From positions 1-64,000 of the IMG/VR virus record IMGVR_UViG_3300028840_004626: a DNA stretch of 64,000 bases. The stretch is one strand, 5' to 3'. Made by a program: the position numbers and the translations under genes. Below, in pieces: positions 46,225 through 56,574 of this stretch. The stretch comes from a virus. Below the pieces are notes generated by a model. That model ran no database searches. It worked only from the letters and a program-made list of their open reading frames with translations, and was not told the DNA's origin. Position 1 is the stretch's first letter; every line of letters begins with the position of its first letter.

Positions 46225-47169
46225 ATGGCAGCAACGATATCTGGATTCGGACATAAGTTCAACGTCCACGAGATAGCTACGGTTGCTGTTCCTTCTGCAC
46301 GTACTACTTGGAACCAATTTGACGAACACGGCCTAGTCTTATCTCTAGAACGCCTAAGAGGGGAAACCAACTGGGAATACAAGCGTCGTCTCCAGGATGT
46401 TTTTGTCAATATGGCAAATTCATCCTATCGCGGAATGGTGAATGGCATAACCCGCGAGTTGGGCCTGGCTCTTTTTGAGCCCCTGGTCATTAATCCTAAG
46501 GTTGACCATGCAGGCAACTTCCTAGCCCCAGATCCATATATCAGATTTGATGGAGCATATCTGTACCTTTACTCAGATTATGGCAACGATATGCTTGATT
46601 GGGCTATCGACCGATACGAACCAGGTGGCAATTATGAGCATCTTTATCGGCTTGCTGAATTCGTCAATACAACTGCATTTTTCGAAGCCCATATTATTGA
46701 GGGCATTGATCCATATACGCGTTCCATGACGATAGTAAATCAGTCTAATCGAACAATGGTAATCAGCGAAGATGCCCAGGAAAGCACACGATTTAATCTA
46801 GAAAATGATAAGATCGTTCCGGGATCCATATCATTTTCGGATACAAAAACGTTTCGTCGAGAGATGTCTTCGGCATCTAGTGTTGCGGCAGCTGGACAGT
46901 ACCATATTAACTATAAATCTGGCATGGTTACCGTTGGCAGCGTTCCGCCCCCAGGAGTCACTATTAGATATCAACATAGCGAATATCCGTTTTTGCCCAA
47001 GGCAAGCCCTGTAATTGTTCACGATATTACGAGCGAGGGGTTTAGGTCTAAGATGTTTGCTCAAGAATTACAGGAAGATGGAACGTATGAATTAGCGCTA
47101 CCAACTGAGGTTGGCGTTGATATAATGAATGAATTATTGTCAGTAATTCCAATGTATTGGGGAGTCTAG
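46225..47169 (+). CDS. Baseplate structural protein, tandem paralogue 1
   Basis: FDEHGLVLSLERLRGETNWEYKRRL (gpI-like); highly similar to the next gene. Confidence 0.7.
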   Translation: MAATISGFGHKFNVHEIATVAVPSARTTWNQFDEHGLVLSLERLRGETNWEYKRRLQDVFVNMANSSYRGMVNGITRELGLALFEPLVINPKVDHAGNFLAPDPYIRFDGAYLYLYSDYGNDMLDWAIDRYEPGGNYEHLYRLAEFVNTTAFFEAHIIEGIDPYTRSMTIVNQSNRTMVISEDAQESTRFNLENDKIVPGSISFSDTKTFRREMSSASSVAAAGQYHINYKSGMVTVGSVPPPGVTIRYQHSEYPFLPKASPVIVHDITSEGFRSKMFAQELQEDGTYELALPTEVGVDIMNELLSVIPMYWGV

Positions 47170-47170
47170 T

Positions 47171-48139
47171 GTGGCAAGTAGCCTAGTACAGACAGGACAT
47201 CAGTTTCATGTTCATTCTGTTGAGATAGTTGCTGGTCCTATTGGCAGCACAGATGGCTTGCGTCGAGTCAAATTTCCCAATCAATTCGACGAGTTCGGAT
47301 CCCTGGTATCACTGGAGCGTTTGCAAGATGAGACTAATTGGGAGTATCGCAGACGAATCCAGGACGTCATGGTTAATCTGGCTAATGCGAGCTATCGTGG
47401 AATGGTTAACGGCATTACTCGTGAGCTTGGCTTAAGCCTATATGATTCTCTAATTATCAATCCCAAAATCAATATGAATACGGGGCGATTTCTGGCCCCA
47501 GACCCCTATATTAAGTTTGATGGGGTGTATTTGTATCTGTATTCTGATTATGCTAATGGCGTTCTAGACTGGGCTATTGATCGCTATGAACCGGGAGGAA
47601 ACTATGAACACGTTGGCAGACTGGCTTCAATGGTGAATACCACCTCATTTTTTGAGGCACATGTAGTAGAAGGTATTGATTTATATGACAAATCTATGAC
47701 AATATTAAATCAATCTAATCGCAATATTGTTAGATTTGAAAGAATCCCCAGTAGCACGAAGTTCGCACTCAAGAATACGAGGATTGTTCCCGGAACTCTA
47801 TTTTTTGCTAATCGCACCACATTTAAAACAGAGGTAGAATCTGCAGACTTAGTTTTACAAAAGGGACAGTACTATGTAGACTATCATAAGGGGATTGTTG
47901 TTGTATTCAGTGTGCCTACGTCGGGCGAAATTGCCCGCTATCAATATGTAAAATATCCTTTTTCTGCAACGGCAAGTCCTGTTATACTACACGATATCAA
48001 TAAAGACAGTTTCAAAGTTAAGATGTTTTCACAGGTATTACAAGACGATGGAGGATATGAGCACGGGAAGGTTACAGAATTAGGGGTAGATATAATTAAT
48101 GAGCTAATGTCGGTTATCCCTATGTATTGGGGAACATAG
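47171..48139 (+). CDS. Baseplate structural protein, tandem paralogue 2
   Basis: FDEFGSLVSLERLQDETNWEYRRRI...ELMSVIPMYWG; colinear with the previous gene. Confidence 0.7.
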   Translation: MASSLVQTGHQFHVHSVEIVAGPIGSTDGLRRVKFPNQFDEFGSLVSLERLQDETNWEYRRRIQDVMVNLANASYRGMVNGITRELGLSLYDSLIINPKINMNTGRFLAPDPYIKFDGVYLYLYSDYANGVLDWAIDRYEPGGNYEHVGRLASMVNTTSFFEAHVVEGIDLYDKSMTILNQSNRNIVRFERIPSSTKFALKNTRIVPGTLFFANRTTFKTEVESADLVLQKGQYYVDYHKGIVVVFSVPTSGEIARYQYVKYPFSATASPVILHDINKDSFKVKMFSQVLQDDGGYEHGKVTELGVDIINELMSVIPMYWGT

Positions 48140-48155
48140 TAGAAACAAAAAATAG

Positions 48156-48164
48156 TGCTACTAT
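48156..48164 (+). promoter_or_regulatory. Putative extended -10 promoter (TGcTACTAT)
   Basis: Intergenic, A-rich upstream; recurring motif. Confidence 0.45.
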
Positions 48165-48180
48165 AAGACATTAGCGGAGG

Positions 48181-50643
48181 TTGTCTTTGGCTTTATTAGC
48201 GTCCACAGCATCTGGTGTTTTAAGTTTGAATATACCCGTTACCTCAGCTCGTACTGAGGCTTATGGGCCTGCTGCGCCTGCCGCTATTGGCACCCTATCT
48301 CACTATGTGTCCACCGAGCATCCCAATACGGGCAACTTTATCAAGGGTTTCCAGTGGGATGCCAGGGTATGGTATAGCGAAGAACAGGAAAACATCGATC
48401 AGGTTGTTCCCGTCCTTTGGGACCCAACAATCTCTGGCATCACCAGTACTCGTTTTCAGTCTGGCATCGGCTCTAATCGGGATCTCGAATACCAGAGATC
48501 GGTATTTATTCCATCGTCCGGTCTTGCGTCCGCAGGAATGTACCGTGTCTGGGCTCCTGAAATTCGTCATGGATATTATTATGACTATGCTACAGAGGGG
48601 TATCTCTACAGCGATGACTCAGAGGTAGTATATCCAACCTATAGCGGCGTTGTGCCGGGAATGGCCCTAACATCAGCAGCCGATGGGTTTAATCAGGTTG
48701 AATTATTGTCTGTTCCTAAGGTTGGTGTTCCAGTTACAGCTCAACGTTATCGGTGGAACAGTGCGCAGGGTAAGTATGAAGTCGATTTAGATATTCAAAA
48801 GAAGGTTAATTTCACAGGATTGCGTGATGCTGATAATGTGCGCCAAAATACCTGGAGCACGCAGAAAAATACTGTTTTATGGGATTTGGTTGATCCCGAG
48901 GAGCCAGAATTTATTGTCGTGGACAGTGGGATTTATCCGACTATCCCTACTGCGCTATTTAATAAGCAGTTCGTAGATCAATATCCCTCCACTAGTGCCC
49001 TGGAAGAATTGGGCACTATGACTGGCGGGTCTGCCGAACAGTTTCATCTTAGCTATGCTCCCATTGATAATAGTATGCCCGTGGACGTTTATGCTTATCT
49101 GGTCGCATCAGGCACCCAGACCAAGTATGAGGCTATTCCTTTCAGTCAGACTATCGCCACAGGAGTTAATCAAGCTAAGATTGATTATGACATGGGCATT
49201 GTCGAATTTGGGGATCCGACTACTTCAGGCGTTGTGGTGCCGGCAGCTGGGTATACTGTAGCTGCACGCTACTGGAGAACAGTGCGCGTTGAATATGAAC
49301 CAGAAGAGTCTACAGATTTGGTCCTAGCAACAGAGGCTAATACGAACCCCATATATAGAACTTCTGGTCGCGGATTTGTATATCTCTCGACAACGGCTGA
49401 TGATCCTGCTTCCATTACCCTATCAGCAGAGGCACCGTCGTTACAGCTTAATGTTTTTGGCCCAGTATATGTTGGCAACGCTTATGTTCCGGTGGTAGCT
49501 ACGGTCAAAGATGCGTTGGGTCGTCCGCTAGAGGGACAAACTGTTCAGATTTTTACAACTAGTGAGCCTGTGATAGGGAGCTTTGGTGCATTTGGTGATA
49601 CGGCCACGACTATTACAGACCATCTTGGCGAGGGCCGCACCTATTATACTCCGCCCCGTAGCGTTGCAGATCTCGGGGAATACATTACAGCTTCTGGTTA
49701 TCGTATTGACGATTCGCCTACATATACGGGGGTAAACCGCACAACGATCTTAAGCTCAGAGGATTTACTTCTTGAGGGCAATCTCGATGATATCTTTTTA
49801 TACGAAGTGCATACCGATGATCCGTCTCAAGGATACAAGCGCAATGAGTTAGCTGATAGTTCTGAGGTTCAACTCAATGAATACTACAGGGATTATTTTG
49901 ATAGCGAAGATATCCAAGGGCCAACAGGATTAACCAGTGGTGTTTTATCTACTGTGCTCGATAATCTAACTTCTAGAGACTGGGAATATAACTATCGTGA
50001 AACATGGGGCATGTTACAACCTACGTTATTTAATGCATCGACTAGCAATGGTCGAAAAGTGTTAGTAACAACTTATGATTCGGACATTTATAATCCCCAT
50101 ACTTTCAATCAGGGGGCTGTCGCGCCATTTCAGCCCATTGATGTTCTGTCAACGGATGCAGGTTATGATGTTGTATTTGATACAACCCAGTACAATCTGA
50201 CATATCCAAGCGGAACAGCTGGAATTGCTCCTAGTGGAACCCTTCATTCATATTTCCTCGTAGCTCCCACGGCCGTTACGATGCAAGCGTCAGTGTACAA
50301 TCAGAGACTCAATCAAAGCATTTTGAGCAACACAATTCAGATAAAACTGGATATTCCGCCATATCTTAGCGGCATGTGGACAGTAGATTCAATCAATCAA
50401 ACACACATTGATGAAATTAATAGTGTGCTAGCTACAGGCATTGCGTCTGGTGCGCGCGTGGCACTGGGCTATAGGCTTAGGTCATCGAATGTGACTTTGG
50501 CTGGCGCGCTTAATGGAGTGACTTTCCTGGATGTGAATCCAGAATATAATGCGCCTATATGGACAGCAGTGGAGCCAGAGGTGCCTGGATCTGGAGTATT
50601 GGCATCTGGCACTTATGCGCAACATAGTTTTACTATTACCTAA
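48181..50643 (+). CDS. Virion structural protein with Big_1-type Ig domain
   Basis: VATVKDALGRPLEGQTVQIF..TITDHLGEGRTYY; IDYDMGIVEFG module; Ser-Gly rich. Confidence 0.7.
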   Translation: MSLALLASTASGVLSLNIPVTSARTEAYGPAAPAAIGTLSHYVSTEHPNTGNFIKGFQWDARVWYSEEQENIDQVVPVLWDPTISGITSTRFQSGIGSNRDLEYQRSVFIPSSGLASAGMYRVWAPEIRHGYYYDYATEGYLYSDDSEVVYPTYSGVVPGMALTSAADGFNQVELLSVPKVGVPVTAQRYRWNSAQGKYEVDLDIQKKVNFTGLRDADNVRQNTWSTQKNTVLWDLVDPEEPEFIVVDSGIYPTIPTALFNKQFVDQYPSTSALEELGTMTGGSAEQFHLSYAPIDNSMPVDVYAYLVASGTQTKYEAIPFSQTIATGVNQAKIDYDMGIVEFGDPTTSGVVVPAAGYTVAARYWRTVRVEYEPEESTDLVLATEANTNPIYRTSGRGFVYLSTTADDPASITLSAEAPSLQLNVFGPVYVGNAYVPVVATVKDALGRPLEGQTVQIFTTSEPVIGSFGAFGDTATTITDHLGEGRTYYTPPRSVADLGEYITASGYRIDDSPTYTGVNRTTILSSEDLLLEGNLDDIFLYEVHTDDPSQGYKRNELADSSEVQLNEYYRDYFDSEDIQGPTGLTSGVLSTVLDNLTSRDWEYNYRETWGMLQPTLFNASTSNGRKVLVTTYDSDIYNPHTFNQGAVAPFQPIDVLSTDAGYDVVFDTTQYNLTYPSGTAGIAPSGTLHSYFLVAPTAVTMQASVYNQRLNQSILSNTIQIKLDIPPYLSGMWTVDSINQTHIDEINSVLATGIASGARVALGYRLRSSNVTLAGALNGVTFLDVNPEYNAPIWTAVEPEVPGSGVLASGTYAQHSFTIT

Positions 50644-50658
50644 TTAGGAGGAACCCTT

Positions 50659-53289
50659 ATGGCTGACAAGTTTAGGCAAACCTTTCCAATTTCCATTTCG
50701 TTTTCGGAGGGTGAGCTACCAACAGCTAGCAAGATGAATGGTCTTGCAACCCAGGCTCGCAATGGGCAGGGCGTCATTCAATACGCGCTAGGAGATTTAT
50801 GGAATCAGGGCGGAGATAGTCTGTTGTCTTCTACCTCTACCTCTGAAAATGCGTTAATGATTCCGAGTTTGGCCAGGTATATTGGCGGAGCTCGTTACAC
50901 AAGTCCGCGCATACCATACCTTGCCAATATTCAGGAGTATACCTATGCATTTACTTCTGATGCTGGCGCCTATGAGGCCACGCTTACTTTTCCTCCTGAT
51001 AGCGGTGCGCCTGCTTATACATGGTCTGCCGTAGGTGGAGAACCCAATAATTCAGTTGCTAGTCGCGGATTGGTAGTGGCAGCCGGAGACTATTATGTAG
51101 ATACCGATACTGGGCAAATTTATACCTATGATGCTATTAATGCCAACTGGACCTTAACATATAAGCCTGTGGTAGCTGGCGATATAAGTGCAACAGCCAC
51201 CTATAATATTATTCCTGACTTAGACACCAATAGCTCATATGCATTTCAGGGAGTCAAAATTAGATATGCGAATGGCGTTGATAATAGTCAGGGCTATGAA
51301 ATTTGGCTTCCTCCTCGTGGCCCACTCAACACTCGTCGAACAGACAGGGCCCCACATGATATTTCAGGCAACTATCAAACTAATCCTTCGGGTGGCTCAA
51401 GAACATTTTGGCAATCTGGTGCTGTTGCGGCTCCGTCAACCGACGCAACAAATGCGGCACATTATAGGTATGTGCTTCCGGATGCTATCACGGGTGCTGC
51501 CGGATGGGGTTCTGGAACACAGTTACCTCGCGGCTTTGCATATCTATGGGATTCAAATAATACGGGAACCGTTATTGAGGGCGTAACTCTAGCTGCAGAA
51601 TCAGCGGCTAGTCCGCGAACCTATCTTTTAATCGCATCTGGAACTAGTTTGGATACCTGGTTAACTTCGAGCTATGGCTCTTTGCATTATCCAGATGCAA
51701 ACTTGAAGAGCTCGTCTCATGCATCCGGATACTATCCTGCAGCTGGATTGAAGCTAGTTATTGTAGGGTCTGATATCTCGCAATTCGTATCAGAGCTGAT
51801 GGCGCAGTTTATTAATCACGATCACAGTGATTCGCACTCAATGCCTGCTGCGCCTATCAAGCATGGTAAGCTTGAAGACCTATTTGAGCCAAGTGGAAAC
51901 ACTCCAGAGCTGGTGGCCTCTAAGCTTGATAATGATGGACACCCACAATACCTGCATCGTGGCGGGTTTGGCGCCGGGACTCTTCGTGACACATATCGCA
52001 ATGGCATGATGCGCGATATGTTGATGATGAGCTCCAACAGTACGAGCAACTACTACAATGTTGACGACGATAGTCGCACTCTATTTTTTGGTCAGGAAAG
52101 TCGAACTGCTGGTGGTGTAGTATATTTTAGTCCATACGATGCAGCGACTAATGCCGATGGTCTTGACCGCCTAGTAGTTTATGGAAATAATAGCGGCAAT
52201 ACTGCTGGCGGAATTCGTGTTGGTGATGCGGGCTACACCAATAATACATATCTAGATATTGGTTACGATACTTCGACTAAGTATATTACGGTCAAAACTG
52301 AGCAAAACAATTCAAATCTATATTTTCAGACTGATGGTGGTAGCGCTCCGTTATATGTAAAAACTACCGGTTCATCAAGCGATATTTTTGTTACTACCGA
52401 AGGTGAAGATTCAGATATTTATATTAGCACCGAAGGTGTCAATGAGACGATCTTTATTACGGCCGGCAGTAGTGCTGTTGCGCCTCCCACCACTGGTGGA
52501 GGATATGATTCTGTGGTTATTCGTGCTGGAGAAGACATCTATGGAAGAGCTTTTGACGATATCGTTTTTCAGTGCGCCTATGACATTCCAGGAGGTGCAG
52601 GAACTGCAGGTACTGCTTTGTCACTAGGTGGCGGGGCACAGATTGCTTGTGCGGGTGAAATCGACCTAACAACAACGGGTAGCGATATTGATATCAATGC
52701 GGACGACGATATCTACATAAACGCCTATGATAAATTTCATCTCGACAGCGATACGGAAGATATTGTTATGTATATCGGTGCGGTCGACCGCGAATATATG
52801 ATGCCCCTCATTCCGTTGCCACATGGTACCTATAGGGGCGGAAATTCAAGGGAGTTCTTGGAATCCGGATGGTATGCATGGGATCCATCAGAATATAATT
52901 TCTATGGTGCCACACGCGTACTGAAGACAGGCCCAGGTATGTTTTATGCCGCAGGTCAACTTCCATGGAACTGTGAAATTGATGGAGCATATCTAGGAAT
53001 CAGACAATTCGACTCAGGCACCAATCAGCGAATTGAATTTGGTATACGCTATATTGATTACTATAATGCAGAGTTGACAGCCGAAACTTCTCGCGATAGT
53101 GGTCTATTTAATTATGGTGATGTAGTTTGGCATTGGCACTATTTCAACCTTAATGGTGGAAATATGTATAACCCGGCATGCCTTTGCAGAATTGCACTGA
53201 CGGCAGGCGAAATTGAATTTCGTCACGCCATACGGCTCGAAGTAGAAGATTGTCGTAATTTTGGAGAATGGTATAGTGCATATATTTAA
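50659..53289 (+). CDS. Tail fibre / baseplate-associated protein
   Basis: FSEGELPTASKMN N-terminus, HDHS and DGHPQYL fibre motifs, beta-helix-like repeats (SDIFVTTEGEDSDIYISTEG). Confidence 0.65.
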   Translation: MADKFRQTFPISISFSEGELPTASKMNGLATQARNGQGVIQYALGDLWNQGGDSLLSSTSTSENALMIPSLARYIGGARYTSPRIPYLANIQEYTYAFTSDAGAYEATLTFPPDSGAPAYTWSAVGGEPNNSVASRGLVVAAGDYYVDTDTGQIYTYDAINANWTLTYKPVVAGDISATATYNIIPDLDTNSSYAFQGVKIRYANGVDNSQGYEIWLPPRGPLNTRRTDRAPHDISGNYQTNPSGGSRTFWQSGAVAAPSTDATNAAHYRYVLPDAITGAAGWGSGTQLPRGFAYLWDSNNTGTVIEGVTLAAESAASPRTYLLIASGTSLDTWLTSSYGSLHYPDANLKSSSHASGYYPAAGLKLVIVGSDISQFVSELMAQFINHDHSDSHSMPAAPIKHGKLEDLFEPSGNTPELVASKLDNDGHPQYLHRGGFGAGTLRDTYRNGMMRDMLMMSSNSTSNYYNVDDDSRTLFFGQESRTAGGVVYFSPYDAATNADGLDRLVVYGNNSGNTAGGIRVGDAGYTNNTYLDIGYDTSTKYITVKTEQNNSNLYFQTDGGSAPLYVKTTGSSSDIFVTTEGEDSDIYISTEGVNETIFITAGSSAVAPPTTGGGYDSVVIRAGEDIYGRAFDDIVFQCAYDIPGGAGTAGTALSLGGGAQIACAGEIDLTTTGSDIDINADDDIYINAYDKFHLDSDTEDIVMYIGAVDREYMMPLIPLPHGTYRGGNSREFLESGWYAWDPSEYNFYGATRVLKTGPGMFYAAGQLPWNCEIDGAYLGIRQFDSGTNQRIEFGIRYIDYYNAELTAETSRDSGLFNYGDVVWHWHYFNLNGGNMYNPACLCRIALTAGEIEFRHAIRLEVEDCRNFGEWYSAYI

Positions 53290-53306
53290 TTGATTGAGGA
53301 ATTAAC

Positions 53307-55586
53307 GTGTCATTATCTGTAGGTGGACATAAATTTAAAGTTAGCCAAGTTCCCTTCTCGGCCGAGGTTCCTTGTCGTGTTAATGTCAAGAAACGTCGAG
53401 AGAAGGTAGTATATCGCGCACTGAGTGACAACGACAATATAAATATTGAATATCTGATTGGAAATACAATTTCGCCAGATGATAATGTATATATTTCTGA
53501 TCGCAGCACCTCTCTTGTTCAAAATCGTGTTCCTTCAGCTGATGATATTACTACAGAGACGACATCTTCATTTACTCTGAACGTTGACCAATTTTTAGTT
53601 ACAGATATCTTTACTTCACCAACACCGACACAGCCATCCCAGCCATTGTTCTACGTACATACACTAGAAAACTTTAACAGCACAGTAGATAACTTTGCGT
53701 ATAAAGAGTTGATCTCTATTGAGTTTGCTAACTACGATCTGCAATCCACTGAGCTGTCAGCGTACGTCTTAGATTCAACCACCGGAGAGTTCTTTAATAA
53801 CTTAGAAAATTCGTATAATGAAGATACCGGCGAAGCCAATGTAACGTTTATTAAATATGCTGTTCGCACCACTCTAACAAATTCATCTACTATTGAGGTA
53901 TTCCATGAGTTGTTGGATAATGAGCCCATATATCAAGAGGCATCTTTTGACGACATTGATGAGTTTGGTATTTTGCTTCCAAGCGTTAAGCGCTACCTGA
54001 TTGATGAGCTTTTGGGGGGCACACAGTTTCTTATTACCATGCCGTCTAAACAGGTATACGCCTACAAGGAATTGCCAGAATCTCGTATTCGTCTGTTGCC
54101 GCCGACTGCCACAAGTGTGTCTGATCTATGGAATGTTCGAGTTACAAATGGCAAGTTTATTACTTCGCTCAATTATACCTCTACTGTATTTCGCAATTAT
54201 AAGTATCAGATTGCTGAGTTCGATTCACAAACATTTACCCCATATCCGCCTTATAAATCACAGGTAGAAGAAACAGCAACATGGATTACCCCTGGGCTAT
54301 GTCAAGTAGCCAAGAATGTTGTTGATGACGTAAACTTGAATTTCTATGTTGACGTTATTGTGCTGAGTCGTACCGGAACAGTCAAATATGCCTACAGCAC
54401 TGATCCACAAAAAATAGGAACCCTATACGGGATTAGTTCGGTATCCTATACTGCCGGCATACTAAGTGTTGATCAGCCTAATGGATTTATTGAATTATCT
54501 GGAACTACGCGCGACGATGACGAGATTTTAGTCAGTTACGTGACGAAAGAAGAGGAGTATGAGTTCACCTCTTTAGACTTTAATCCTGTTAGTAACCTCG
54601 ATATCCTTAATCAGCGTATTGTTCTTTATATTTCTCCCGAGAGTGTGGGAACTGGTAGCTTAGATAGGAGTTTGTATTATCTGGTTGTTGATCCCCTAGG
54701 CAAGATTATCTATTCAAGTCAGGCGGACGAGAATGCTGCTGGGCTCGATCCAGCGACCCAGAAGCTTCTAGCAGAGGACTTTGATACCACTGGCACCCCA
54801 ACCCACACATTTTATTATGATAAGACATCTACTACTGCGGGGTTAGCTAGTAGGGCCAGTGGTGTTAATCCAAGCAGTGTTGAGGATTTTTCGTTTATCG
54901 ATAAATATACTGTTGAAAGTCAACTGTTTAGTTCTCTTACAACGGTCTCTGGTACTACCCTTGAGAACCTGACCGAGAACGGTCGTTTCCTGGTTCTCGG
55001 AGATGTATATGTCGGAGAAAGTCAACGACCAACTGCTTTTACTGAATTTGATGTTCGCATAGAAGGCGGCGGGATTAAAGATGACCAGGTCACAGATGCC
55101 TTGGCAGAGCAGCCAGAGGCTGCGTGGTATTGGGATTTCATTGCCAGGAGGCCCTATCCTGCTACAACGGCATTTTATGTTGAGGTTCCACAAACTCTTT
55201 TATCAACTCATGGTGGAAGATTTACACGTAGCGAAATCAAAACTCTAATTGATAAACATATGCAGCTAGGTGGATATGCTGCGTTAAATACCTATGGGGT
55301 AGATCCAACAGTTACTGGTGTATCAACCTCGTCTGGCTCAGCACTGATTGCATGGCCGAGCTATGGATCATCAACTACGTACGCTATTTTCCAGTCAAAA
55401 AATATTGATGGCCCATTTAGCCAGTACAATAATGTTACCTATAATGATAGGTCTGCGGGCAATTGCGTGCTGATGACTGGTTTCATTCCGAATACCAAGT
55501 ACTATTTAGAAGTAAGGGCAACAAAGGATAGCGATGTATCGGCTGGTCCTCTAGTAGCCATTACTACGACAGCCTTAGGGGGATAA
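53307..55586 (+). CDS. Baseplate/virion structural protein with C-terminal FN3-like domain
   Basis: DVRIEGGG motif; ALIAWP..YAIFQS..GFIPNTKYYLEVRA FN3 pattern. Confidence 0.65.
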   Translation: MSLSVGGHKFKVSQVPFSAEVPCRVNVKKRREKVVYRALSDNDNINIEYLIGNTISPDDNVYISDRSTSLVQNRVPSADDITTETTSSFTLNVDQFLVTDIFTSPTPTQPSQPLFYVHTLENFNSTVDNFAYKELISIEFANYDLQSTELSAYVLDSTTGEFFNNLENSYNEDTGEANVTFIKYAVRTTLTNSSTIEVFHELLDNEPIYQEASFDDIDEFGILLPSVKRYLIDELLGGTQFLITMPSKQVYAYKELPESRIRLLPPTATSVSDLWNVRVTNGKFITSLNYTSTVFRNYKYQIAEFDSQTFTPYPPYKSQVEETATWITPGLCQVAKNVVDDVNLNFYVDVIVLSRTGTVKYAYSTDPQKIGTLYGISSVSYTAGILSVDQPNGFIELSGTTRDDDEILVSYVTKEEEYEFTSLDFNPVSNLDILNQRIVLYISPESVGTGSLDRSLYYLVVDPLGKIIYSSQADENAAGLDPATQKLLAEDFDTTGTPTHTFYYDKTSTTAGLASRASGVNPSSVEDFSFIDKYTVESQLFSSLTTVSGTTLENLTENGRFLVLGDVYVGESQRPTAFTEFDVRIEGGGIKDDQVTDALAEQPEAAWYWDFIARRPYPATTAFYVEVPQTLLSTHGGRFTRSEIKTLIDKHMQLGGYAALNTYGVDPTVTGVSTSSGSALIAWPSYGSSTTYAIFQSKNIDGPFSQYNNVTYNDRSAGNCVLMTGFIPNTKYYLEVRATKDSDVSAGPLVAITTTALGG

Positions 55587-55589
55587 GCA

Positions 55590-56135
55590 ATGTCAGTTAA
55601 TGTAATTTGGTCTTATACAAATGGAGGTACCGCAATTAGCGACTTGATTAATCATGGGAATATCGCTAATGGGAATACGTCGACTGCTAAAACGATTTAT
55701 TTACGTCATGATGGCGCAAGTGAGATTACTAATGTTGGCGTATATATTAGGCAATATTCTGGTACATATAATGGGGATGCTACTGCAGCTTCCGATTTTG
55801 CTGAAATAATTGCCTGGGGAGATAATAGTGCCTCAAATACATTTGGGGGTATACATATTAATTGGGATGCAGTAGGAGCATTTCCTGCGGCATCATGGCC
55901 CCTATATAATGACAAAGATCCCTCGAATGGTTTTACTCATCGGACGGGCGTGGGTGATAGCGAAGGCAATGCGGTTACTATACCTACAGCTACTGGAGCT
56001 ACGACGGCTGGTGAAATTGAGGCTGGCGCTTCCCCTAACGTACGGTTTCAACTACGGGTTCAGGTTCCAACAGCCGAAGATACGACCGGAACACGGCAAT
56101 TTGACCAGGTGATACGATATAGCTTTACAAGCTAA
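55590..56135 (+). CDS. Beta-rich virion protein (paralogue of 11522..11959)
   Basis: TIYLRHDGAS..VRFQLRVQVP. Confidence 0.65.
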   Translation: MSVNVIWSYTNGGTAISDLINHGNIANGNTSTAKTIYLRHDGASEITNVGVYIRQYSGTYNGDATAASDFAEIIAWGDNSASNTFGGIHINWDAVGAFPAASWPLYNDKDPSNGFTHRTGVGDSEGNAVTIPTATGATTAGEIEAGASPNVRFQLRVQVPTAEDTTGTRQFDQVIRYSFTS

Positions 56136-56145
56136 AGGAGAACTT

Positions 56146-56574
56146 ATGAACGGCTGGACCAAATATTATGCAGATGGCAGAACATATATTGGAACTGACC
56201 AGGATGTTCAGGCTGGGACCGCAAGTTGGCGCAAAAGTCCACAGAGGGGCATGATTGCAGCCTCTATGCAGCATGGCAACTGTTGTGTCCGTATCAATGG
56301 CATGGGCACATTCTGGCAGTCAGATGGTTATGAGTCGTCTTATCCTGGGACAACTAAGCTTATTAAGCGAAGCATCATGAAGCAGATTGCTCCTGGGGAT
56401 AAATTCTATAGAATGGCTCGTAGTGATTACAGGTTAGAAATCACTTTCAATGGCGAGCTAGCTAACGGAAAGTTTATTAAGGTGCCACAGTCATATCAGG
56501 GTAAATGGCTTGTAGCAGAAATAGACCTGTTGATCAATAAAGTGAAAATTTTTATATCGGATATCAGAGTATAA
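56146..56574 (+). CDS. Hypothetical protein (142 aa)
   Basis: AAGGAG RBS; coupled to the next gene. Confidence 0.65.
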   Translation: MNGWTKYYADGRTYIGTDQDVQAGTASWRKSPQRGMIAASMQHGNCCVRINGMGTFWQSDGYESSYPGTTKLIKRSIMKQIAPGDKFYRMARSDYRLEITFNGELANGKFIKVPQSYQGKWLVAEIDLLINKVKIFISDIRV

